DNA of 20,000 nucleotides from Peribolospora baueri (Eukaryota): NCBI GenBank assembly GCA_029717555.1, contig JAMDHS010000096.1:57184-77183 (forward strand), in the 5' to 3' direction. How positions within the stretch are numbered: position 1 is the first letter of the stretch; the number at the start of each line of letters is the position of its first letter. The position numbers were made by a program, and so were the translations under genes. The notes under the pieces were generated by a model. It did no database searches. It worked only from the letters and a program-made list of their open reading frames with translations, and was not told the origin of the DNA. Shown piece by piece: positions 9,289-18,034 of the stretch.

Positions 9289-11904
9289 ATGTGGGCAGCA
9301 CTCACCAGCGTCGCAGGCAGCGTCAGCGCGGTGCACAAGCGCACCATCTCCGACATCACCGCCGCCCCCTCCAACTCCAAGCCCTCGCCGCCTACCACAC
9401 CCGCCACAGCCATCCCCAGGACGCCCACACAAGCGTCCAACAGCGACCGCTCCAGGCAAACTCCCGTCAACGTCCACGTGCAACACCCCTCTGACGACTT
9501 TGGCCCCACTCACTCGTCTGCCGTCCGCAGGGCCAGGCCCGATGCCGAGCACGCCTTGGCCAGCGGCGGCCAAGGTGCCCAAGGCGGCTACAGACCTCGT
9601 TCCGCGAGCGCAGCCAGTGCGACCAGCTCCGAGTACCCTCGACCTTACGCCCACGGCGTCTCTTACTCTGAAGGCGCTTTTGCCCCCAGCCGTCTCGATG
9701 ACGACGGTGCGGGGAGGAGGAGGAGGCGCAGGAGGGCGAGGAAGGAGCCGCCGGAAATCCTTGTCATCGTGAGTCTTTCGTTCTTTCCCGTCCTTCTGTT
9801 CTCTTCCCGTACGCTCACATCCTTACCACTATACATACGCACCCAGGTTCGCCCCCCGCCAAGCAAACAGAACCACCCCCTTAACCTACAGATGCAGCTC
9901 GTCACGCCGCAGCCCGTACGAGACCGGAACCGCTCCTCGGGCGAGTTCACGCCCTCCGAGTCCGGAGCCAGCGTCGGCACCGCCCACCAGGGCGTCGATC
10001 TCAAGCGCACAGCCTCCGTCAGCTCCAACCGCTCCGGCAACTCCACCGGCGCTGCCTCCCTCGCCTCCGCCTATTCCGGCGCCTCCACCACCAGCTCAGG
10101 CGGTACGCCTAGGCGGGTGACACCCTTGTACAACCTCCAGTTCCACAATCTCCTCACCACCGTCGTCACCGACGCCGGCACTGACGACAAGGTCGCCAAG
10201 TTTGGCAAGCGCGGCGTCGAGGTCATCGGATTGGGTCTTCTCGAGCCCGCGGAGATGAAGGATTGCCGCGCGCACCGCCAGCACCAGCACCAGCACCAGC
10301 ACCAGCACCAGCACCACGGGAGGTCTCCGCCGAGCTCCGTGGGTGCCTGCGACGAGGCCCGCTCCGTTTCTTCCAACGGCCACGTCCCCGGCTCGACCAC
10401 CGGTTCCCAACAGCACCACCAGCCACCCACGTCGCTGAGCTCCATGACGAGCCAGGCGAGGGCGGTAGACATTGCCGATTCGTCTTCCTCCACATCGTCC
10501 TCCCGTTTTGGCGACAGGCTAGCGAACAAGTTTAAAAAGCTCGGCCTCGGCGTCTCTGGATCGAGGGCCAGCTCTTCCGTCTCGACGGCTAAGCCCGTCA
10601 GCGGCTCTATGACCGTTACGAGCTCTCCCACTGTCAAGAGGGCCGATAAGGCCGACATGGCCAGCGGCTCGGCAGGAGGCGGCGGAGGAGGAGGAGCAGG
10701 AGGTGCAACAGGAGGAGCAGGAACCTCGTCGCCCGCCGCCGCCCTCGGTCACGCCAACGACATCCCGCAGCTCATCCCCGGCGCCGGCTTGGCGGACGGG
10801 CGGAGGACGGAGGGGTACGTGTGGCACGTTCGCAAGTGGACCCGTCGAACCGACACCGCCGGCGGCATCCTCTCCCCCTCGTCCGCCATGACCTCCTTCA
10901 ACGGCCAACCTTCCCCCGGCTTGGTGAGCGCGTTCAAAAGGTTTAGCATGCAACCTGACGTGGCGCCGCCGCCTGCCGGTGATCTGGACGTCAAGTTTGA
11001 GTGGACGCGAGGCGTGAGCGGACGGAGGCAGAGGCGGAAGGGGAGGAATGGGGACAGGGAGAGGTCGAGGGAGAGGGATGGAGACGGGCACAGGGAGAGG
11101 AGGGCGTTGGATGCGGCCAGCACCGGCTCCGTGTCCGCGAGGCCGAGCGTCGACGCCGGTCCCGGTCCCGGTCCCGGTTCCGATCCGCTGACCGCCTCGG
11201 CCTCAGCAGTCGATCCGCGTAGGTTAAGCGTGCTGAGCAGCGTCACCAACGCCTCGAGCCTGGGCGAGCAGATGGAGCGCCTCGACGACGCGGTTGCCTA
11301 CAACGATGCTCAGGCCCGCCAGGCCGCCGCGATGGCTTCGGCCGACGCCTTGGCGATCCGTAGAGAGGCCTCCTTGGCTTCGCTCCGTAGCCATGGCGGC
11401 CCCGCCTCGCGACCGGGCTCGCGACCCGGTTCGAGGGCCGGCAGCGTGGACCCGCGCTCGCCCGGAAGTCGGAGCTCTGAAGGAAGGAAGAGCGTGGACT
11501 CTACGGCGCTCCGATCGATCGCCGGCGCTGTCGGCTTGGGCGGCGCCGGCGACGACCGCGAGGCGTGGCGAGAGGAGGCGGAGGAGGAAGAGGACTCGGA
11601 TCCGGAAGACTCGGAGACGCCGTGGAGTTGTCACCTCGTTCTATCGCCAACGACGCGCATCCCCGTCGGCACACTCTCCCCCGCCCCACACCATCCAAAG
11701 CTCATCGGCCAACTCGCCATCCCTTTCCCCCTTCCCGACCTCTCCGCAACAGGCATCGGCGCAGACGGTGCAGGCCTCACCAAGGAAGAGCTTAAGGATA
11801 TCGTTAGCGTTACGTGTCTTTGGCTTGTTGTGAGAGAGAGCTTTGGTGGGCTGGCAAAGGCACGAAAGGGGGATGCTGTTTGGAAGTTGCACATCACTAG
11901 ATGA
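9289..11904 (+). CDS. Hypothetical protein, about 845 aa, Ser/Gly/Arg-rich and largely disordered, with interspersed ordered blocks; 2 exons
   Basis: 871-codon ORF from ATG 9289 after a long CT-rich leader. Probable 78-nt intron 9769..9846 (GTGAGT, pyrimidine tract, CAG). Complex blocks IVRPPPSKQNHPLNLQMQLV, PLYNLQFHNLLTTVVTDAGTDDKVAKFGKRG, DSDPEDSETPWSCHL, LSPAPHHPKLIGQLAIPFPLPD and ELKDIVSVTCLWLVVRESFGGL resemble uncharacterised basidiomycete proteins (from recall, unverified). Confidence 0.85.
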   Translation: MWAALTSVAGSVSAVHKRTISDITAAPSNSKPSPPTTPATAIPRTPTQASNSDRSRQTPVNVHVQHPSDDFGPTHSSAVRRARPDAEHALASGGQGAQGGYRPRSASAASATSSEYPRPYAHGVSYSEGAFAPSRLDDDGAGRRRRRRRARKEPPEILVIVSLSFFPVLLFSSRTLTSLPLYIRTQVRPPPSKQNHPLNLQMQLVTPQPVRDRNRSSGEFTPSESGASVGTAHQGVDLKRTASVSSNRSGNSTGAASLASAYSGASTTSSGGTPRRVTPLYNLQFHNLLTTVVTDAGTDDKVAKFGKRGVEVIGLGLLEPAEMKDCRAHRQHQHQHQHQHQHHGRSPPSSVGACDEARSVSSNGHVPGSTTGSQQHHQPPTSLSSMTSQARAVDIADSSSSTSSSRFGDRLANKFKKLGLGVSGSRASSSVSTAKPVSGSMTVTSSPTVKRADKADMASGSAGGGGGGGAGGATGGAGTSSPAAALGHANDIPQLIPGAGLADGRRTEGYVWHVRKWTRRTDTAGGILSPSSAMTSFNGQPSPGLVSAFKRFSMQPDVAPPPAGDLDVKFEWTRGVSGRRQRRKGRNGDRERSRERDGDGHRERRALDAASTGSVSARPSVDAGPGPGPGSDPLTASASAVDPRRLSVLSSVTNASSLGEQMERLDDAVAYNDAQARQAAAMASADALAIRREASLASLRSHGGPASRPGSRPGSRAGSVDPRSPGSRSSEGRKSVDSTALRSIAGAVGLGGAGDDREAWREEAEEEEDSDPEDSETPWSCHLVLSPTTRIPVGTLSPAPHHPKLIGQLAIPFPLPDLSATGIGADGAGLTKEELKDIVSVTCLWLVVRESFGGLAKARKGDAVWKLHITR
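10279..10314 (+). repeat. (CAGCAC)6 coding repeat encoding (QH)6
   Basis: Six perfect hexamers in frame within the 9289-11904 CDS. Confidence 0.9.
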
Positions 11905-12388
11905 TCCGATCGGACGGGCCGCGCGGTCCGTCTTCTTTTCTCCTTTCTTCCAATTTCTTTTTTCTGTTTTTCACACTTTTTCTCTCTTTCTCGCTTCTCT
12001 TGGCTCTTTACCCAATTGCTTTCCGTCCTCCTTCCCTCTCTATCGGTCTTGTCCAGTCCAGTGTAGGCGTAACAGTACGTATACCCCTCCACCTCAAACC
12101 TTGACCCTACCCTACCCTATCTCCCTCCTTCGTCCCCGGTGTCTTCTCCTCCTCCCTCGCTTCGCTCCGCGTATGCTTTCTTTGCTCCCCCGTAGGTAGA
12201 GCGAATAGTCTTCTCCTAGTTAGCGCTCCATCTCTGTTGTTCCACCGTTGAAAAGGTGAAGTGTCGATCCCTATACTGGTTTGGTTGGTCCCTAAAGGCG
12301 TCGTCTCGTCTCGTCTCGCCGCGCCGCACCGAAGAACCGGCCTCACCTCCACTCTCTCTATCTCCTTCCTTCCTTCTTGCTTCTTGCC

Positions 12389-12428
12389 TTTTTTTTTTCA
12401 TCTTTTTTTTTTTTTTGGTTTTTTTTTT
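12389..12428 (+). repeat. Poly-T tracts, probably in the 3' UTR/termination zone of the 9289-11904 gene
   Basis: T10, T14 and T10 runs separated by 2-4 nt, about 500 nt downstream of the stop codon. Confidence 0.7.
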
Positions 12429-12666
12429 GTTTGTTTGGTTTACACACGCTTTCGAGGTACGAAAAGGAATCGTCCCCGTACGATCCGGTCCGGTCGGTCT
12501 TAACTTGCCTTTGTCTTTGCTATCGTGGTATCGTATCGGATTGGGTATTCGCACGTGTGAACGTGGCGTGGTCTGGCCTGCCGATGGGCGATGGGCGAGC
12601 ACGGAGACGGACGACGGACGGCGCGGAAAGGACAAGATCAGAAATCTCACAGGAGACGGCTTGGAC

Positions 12667-13134
12667 TCATGAAGTAGGGAGGGATGAAGGAAGGAAGGAG
12701 GAAGCGATATCAGCCAACGCCCGCCTCGGGTTCGCCGACGATGGCGAGCAGCCAGCGGCGGTCGTGTATCGTCCGGTGAAAAGGCCCAAGACCGGACAGG
12801 AGTCCAATTCCTTTAAAACCAAAACGGTAGGAAAGCGCAGAGGTTGGGGAGTCAAAGGCAGGTTCGAGGTTCTACGTGTCTGCCTTCGCCGTTCTCGCCA
12901 AGCCATAAGCGAGCGCCAGATGGAAATGGCGCCGGAGTTTGCGACTCCTGCTATTAGACGACTGCGTGGTGCCAAGTCTAGGTACTGGTAATGGAAGTCT
13001 TGTCCTAAGACAGGACGGTAGACCCACAGCGGCTCCGCCTCCGTTACGAAGCCGTAGGCGTCCCAAGCAACCATGCCAAGCAGTGATGCGGCCCAGACAA
13101 GCACATCGCTGCCGGGGAGGAACCAGAGCTTCAT
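12667..13134 (-). CDS. Possible small orphan protein (155 aa, hydrophobic N-terminus); unconfirmed
   Basis: AAAC-ATG start context, preceded on the minus strand by a CT-rich leader. The first ~50 codons mostly end in G/C and read MKLWFLPGSDVLVWAASLLGMVAWDAYGF. No recognisable family, and an out-of-frame ATG lies upstream at 13156. Confidence 0.3.
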   Translation of the reverse strand: MKLWFLPGSDVLVWAASLLGMVAWDAYGFVTEAEPLWVYRPVLGQDFHYQYLDLAPRSRLIAGVANSGAISIWRSLMAWRERRRQTRRTSNLPLTPQPLRFPTVLVLKELDSCPVLGLFTGRYTTAAGCSPSSANPRRALADIASSFLPSSLPTS

Positions 13135-14054
13135 GTTTCACGTCCCGAGAAGCCATTATCCAATCGGTGTCGCCCGTGGTCGCCCCCGTTCCTGTGGCGG
13201 GTTTTGGTGGAGAGAGGGAACGCAACGGCTCTGGTGGAAAGAGTGTGAGAGGACGAAGGGAAAGTGAGAGTGTGAAAAAAGGTAGAGATGGGATGAAGGA
13301 CGGACCGCGAGTTCGCGACGAGCTGGAGCGGATGAGATCAGAATAACTGCATCTTTTTTGGAATAATCGCACCTCGGGGCTGCGATTTTCTTTTTTTCTG
13401 GCTGGGAGAAAGAAGGCGCGCCCCGAAAGGCGACAAGGAGCGCTGTGCTGGAGAAAGGTGAGAAGGGAGAAACGAAGAATTGGGAGGGTTCTTTTGGCAT
13501 AACGAAACAAACAATCGACGACGGGACGACAACAGCGAAGGCGGTAGGTGGGGGTGCGCATGGACGGATGAACCGGCGGGCGGGGCTTCATTCATCTCGA
13601 GAACGGTTCGTTTGGTGCGTTAAGGATTCAGGACTGGCCGGGACGAAGAAAGCAAGGGAACGGACGGATACGGGGTAAGAGAAAGGAGGAAGGGAAAACG
13701 ACGACGACGACGGGATCGCATTGACCGACCGATACGTGCGAGTAGAAGGAGGAATGGAAGCCGGACCAGGAACGAAATTCACATCGGGGTTGCATGTACA
13801 ACTGAGACGAGGGAAGTCGAGAGGGGACTTAATAGAAGAGACACGAAGTGGTGAGTGAGGTGGACGGGGACGGGGACAGATTGAACGATGGGATGGGATG
13901 GAGACGGGACGGGATGGAATGTACGAATGCGTCGCAGACAGACGAGCTGGCAAAGTTTTCTCCCCCCTTTTCATCCTTCTTTTCGGGTGCGTGCGCATCA
14001 AGGCTCGTCTCGGACTGGGCGCGTTAGAACGCCGGTGTCCACCATAGCCGCCGC

Positions 14055-17000
14055 TCACTGACCCCAGTATCCGCCCCTCTGGCTGGGGTGGTACGCCTGC
14101 GAAGGGTACCCGTATGCGGCCCCGTAGTTGGCCGGCCCAGCCTGACTAGCAGCCGAAGCGGCGCTCTGGCCGTACTGACTGTAGTAAGGGTTGTATGCCG
14201 CGGCCGCGGCCGCCACGGGGTTCTGGGCCGGCTGCTGCTGCTGCGCTTGCTGCTGCTGCTGTCCCTGCTGTCCCTGCTGGCCCTGCGCACCTTGACCCTG
14301 CTGAGCACCGCCAGCAGCTCCGCCAGCACGGCCCGCCGGAGCACCGGTACCCTGCGCGGCGGGCTGCTTGCTCGCGTCGTAGCCTCGGTAAGCGGATGCG
14401 TCCAGTGCCCCGGCACCGGCGCCAGCTCCGGTCTTCTGAGCCGCGTTCAAGTGAGGCGTCCCGCTCGAAGCCGCGCCGCCAGCACTGGCGGGTGGGTTAC
14501 CACCCTGGGCGGGAGGCATGGCAGCCTGCCCCTGGAGGAAGCCCTGCAAACCGGGGATAGCGCCGCCGTAGATCTTCGAGTAGTCGCCTAGACCGGGGAT
14601 GCCCTGCATCTGCTGGCCGAAGCTCTGCTGCTGCTGATCATAGGCGGTCGTCGCGGCGCTCTGCGGAGACTGGCCGTAATGGCTGCCACCGTAGGAGCTA
14701 GCATCGGCGGGACCGTTGCTAGCGTAGGGTGAAGGCAGCGCACTCGGCGTGCCAGGCTTGGAGCTGTGCGCCCCTGGGCCGCCGGGAAGACCGTAAGGGA
14801 ATTTGGAAGCCGCAAACTGGCCGTAGCCGACAGCGGGCTGAGCGTAGTGCTGGAACTGGTTTGGAATGTAGTAGGGGTAGTAGTACGGCATGACGCCCGG
14901 GTATTGCTGAGCGGGAGCTGAACCTGGTGGATGCTGAGGGCCGGGGCCGGCCGGAGTGGCTTGATCGTGCGTCTGCTGGGGCTGCGTGGAAGCGGCGTTT
15001 TGAGAAGACGGCTGCTTGGTCGAGTTGTCCTGGCCCAACGAGGTCCGAGCAGGGAACCCGCTCTGGTCGTATGCCGAGCTGTAGAAGCCCTGCTGTAAAC
15101 CGCGAAGACGGGAATAATCGTGTAGAGTCGGCGATGAGCACTCTCATCCTCGACCGAAAGCAACGGTTTTTTTTTACCCAGTCGACTGAGAGTAAAGCTC
15201 ACCATCAGCCTCTGCGAGTCCGCACCGTACAAAGCGGAGTAGTCATGAGTGCTGCCGAACGGCCCAGGCTGGTTCTGGACCTGAGCGAGGCCGCTGAAAG
15301 CACCGTACGACGAAGGATCGTGCCGCTGCTGCTGCTGCTGCTGTTGCTGCTGTTGCTGATGCGGCTGCTGCTGCTGCTGTTGCGGCTCTGGATGCTGCTG
15401 CTGCTGCTGGTGCGGCACCTGGTGCTGCTGTTGCTGCGGAGGTTGCTGCTGCTGCTGGAGGCTCGGGCTGGCTTGTGCCTGTTGACCGGGCGCTTGGTAG
15501 TTCGAGTAGAAGTTGGAGTACGCCGACGCCGACGCAGCCTGGTTGGCCGCGGGCGCGGTAGCGTAATCGTCCTGTTGGTGATGCGGTTGAACTGGAGCGG
15601 ATTGCTGCGCCTGCTGCTGTTGCTGAGCGGCGGCGACAGGAGAGGACTGTGAAGCGGGGAAACGGCTGGCAAATGCAGACTGGGAAGGCTGGCTCGGCAC
15701 AGCGGGCGAGCTGACCGCCTGCTGCGGAGCGGGCTCAGGAACTACAGGAGGCTGCTCTTCCTTCTGTTCGATCGCCTGCTCAACAGGCTCGACGACAACA
15801 GGTGCCCTGGAGATGTAAAGAGAGGCAGAATCGAATGTCAGCCATCGCCGACGTAGAAATGAGTGCATAAAATAGGAATGGAAAGCCGTCAGGGTACAGC
15901 CGCGGCAACTCACGGAATTTCATCAGCCTGGAATCCATCCACGCCACCACCAAGGAAGTTCAAGCTGCCAAACTGCATGCCGAGTCGGTCAATCGTCGCG
16001 CCTCCGCCGGGCATGACCACCGCAGCATCCTGCCTGCTGCGCTGGTTCGCCCTCGCACCGAAACTCGGGCGCGTGACCGAGACCGGCGCGGCAGCAGGGA
16101 CAGAGGATGGATTGACGGGCTTGGCCGAAAGGCCGGGAGGACCGCCGGAAGTGGGAGGGGAGCTGATGGGCTGTTCCGGCGCCGCCGGCTCCGCTGCCGT
16201 CGGGGCCTGAGCGGGCTCTCGGGCGACGGCAACGGACTCTTGAGCAGCCTCTGCAGAAGGCACTTCGGATTCGACCACCGTCGGAGCAGGCTCCGGCACT
16301 TCAGAAGTAGGAGCTGGTTCGGCAGCGGGCGCGCCTTGAGGCTGCGGAGTCGGCACTTGGGGCTTCTGGGCTTCGACCGGAGCCGCCTCGGACGCTTGAG
16401 GGGCAGGAGCGGGCGGCTTGGGAGCTGGAGGTTGAGGCTTCGGAGGTTCCTGCGGTCTGTGGGGAGAGAGAGAGAAGAGGTCAAGGGTGAGATAAAGTCA
16501 GAACCTCGATCTCACGTGTTTCGAGCCGCCGTGCGCTTATCGAACGACACACGTCTCTCCCATAGATCCTAGTTCACCGCCTCCTGCCTTTCCCCCTCTG
16601 TCCGTCACCGCCACCATGCTGAATTGAAAGAACCGCTCGACGCCCGTCCATCCTTTCCGCGGCCCTACGCTCCCTTCCTTATCACCCTCCAAGGCACCCC
16701 ACGCCTCAAAACGGCAGGAGGCTCACCTAGCGACCTGCGCCCACGAAAGTTTTGTACCGGGCGGAATGGTCTTGGAAACCGGTTTGCTCGGCGCCGGCAC
16801 GAACACATCGGACGCGACGGCGGGCATGGGCGTCTCGTCAGCAGGAGCGGTGTTGTCCGTACCTCCGCCGTCGCCCGTGCCCCTCGCTTCATCTCCAGCA
16901 CTAGTCACAGCCGGCGCGTTGGCGCTCTCGTCCTCCGTCGCCGCCAGGACGGGAGCGGCAGGCGAGGGGACGGGGTTGGCCTTCTTCTTCCCTTCACTCA

Positions 17001-18034
17001 CGGCGTCGGCCCAGCTGAGTGGCGTCTTCGAATCCGTCGTAGCCGGCAAGGGCACTTCGTCGGAGGCAGCGGCTGGAGCGACGGCGGCGGTGGCGTAAGC
17101 AGAAGCTGCAGTGTTCGGAGCGTGTCCGTTGACGTAAGCGGCCATTCCGCCTCTAGGAGCACCGCCGCGGGCGGAAGCGCTACCACCACGACCACCCCGA
17201 GCGCCGCGAAGGGAACCTGGAGTGGAAGTTGAAGGAGAGGAGATGAGCGAAGGAGGATGCACCTATTATCAGCGCTTTCCGCCTTACCGCACCTCGTGCT
17301 TTCACGATCGCCCGCGACCTATACCTGCATGAAAGAAAACACTGACCTCCGCTCCTCCCTCTGCCACCTCTGTCCGAAACACCAGCAAAACCTCCTCTGC
17401 CCCTTCCGGCACCCGGGACCGAAGCCCCGGCGGATGCGTCCGGGTGATGGTTCCCGGCGGGCGGGGGCGGTGCGGCTTCCTTCTTTGTTTTCTTGGACTT
17501 GACGGAGGAGAATTGCTCGACGTGGCCTGGCGTGGGGTGACGAGAAGAGGGAGCGAAGGGAGGTCGCATGCGCATGACGGTCGGTCGAACGAGGATGGGA
17601 TGAAAACAAGAAAAAAAAATCGCATGCGGAGCATGTCAACGGCATGAGTCTCGGGTGCGAGACGATGTCACACATCCACAAAGCATGGTAGAGGATGGAG
17701 GTAAATCGAGAGGGGGAGGACACGGTGGAAAAAGAGGAAGCTCACCGTCGCTGATCCGAGCGATGGCGAGCTCGAGGTCTCCGTTAGCTTCTCCGAGCGC
17801 GAACAGCAAATCCTCATCGGTCCAGTCCGGGAAGAGCTCCTTGACGGTGGGAAGCTGAAGGTCGCCGAACTTGGCGCGCAGCCTGCGCGCCTCGTCCGAA
17901 TCTTCTCCCTGGTGCTGGCTCTGACTGGCGGGGTGTTGAGCGTCCTCACCGGATTGACGGTGGCCACCTGCGTTACGCGGGCCGCCGCCACGACGGCCGC
18001 CACGGCGGGCAGCTGGGGGTGCGGTGGTTGCCAT
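14055..18034 (-). CDS. DEF1: Def1 / UBAP2L-Lingerer-like protein (RNA polymerase II degradation factor 1 family): N-terminal CUE domain, RGG boxes, Pro/Ala/Glu linker, Q/Y-rich prion-like C-terminus; about 1047 aa, 6 exons
   Basis: Proposed complement(join(14055..15092,15203..15806,15914..16456,16727..17216,17347..17526,17746..18034)) = 3144 nt, GT..CAG introns with consistent phases. CUE-like LPTVKELFPDWTDEDLLFALGEANGDLELAIARISDG-HVEQFSSVKSKK, GRGRGG/RGG repeats, LSWAQVAR, AVVMPG..LGMQFGSLNF, poly-Q tracts, MPYYYPYY, terminal GYWGQ*. Confidence 0.85.
15325..15456 (-). repeat. CAG/CAA poly-glutamine tracts within DEF1 exon 5
   Basis: Encodes approximately QQQQQPPQQQQHQVPHQQQQQHPEPQQQQQQPHQQQQQQQQQQQ. 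Confidence 0.85.

Noticed and set aside
7506..9772. Long ORFs 7506..8237 and 8816..9772
   Set aside because: They translate microsatellite/CT-rich UTR sequence or an alternative frame of the real gene, with Arg/Pro/Ser-biased composition.
12104..12120. (ACCCT)3 as a telomeric seed or telomerase RNA template
   Set aside because: Does not match the CCCTAA repeat, is too short, and lies in a pyrimidine-rich 3' UTR.
14088..17232. Plus-strand ORFs with poly-Leu/poly-Ala
   Set aside because: Antisense shadows of the CAG-rich, GC-rich DEF1 exons.
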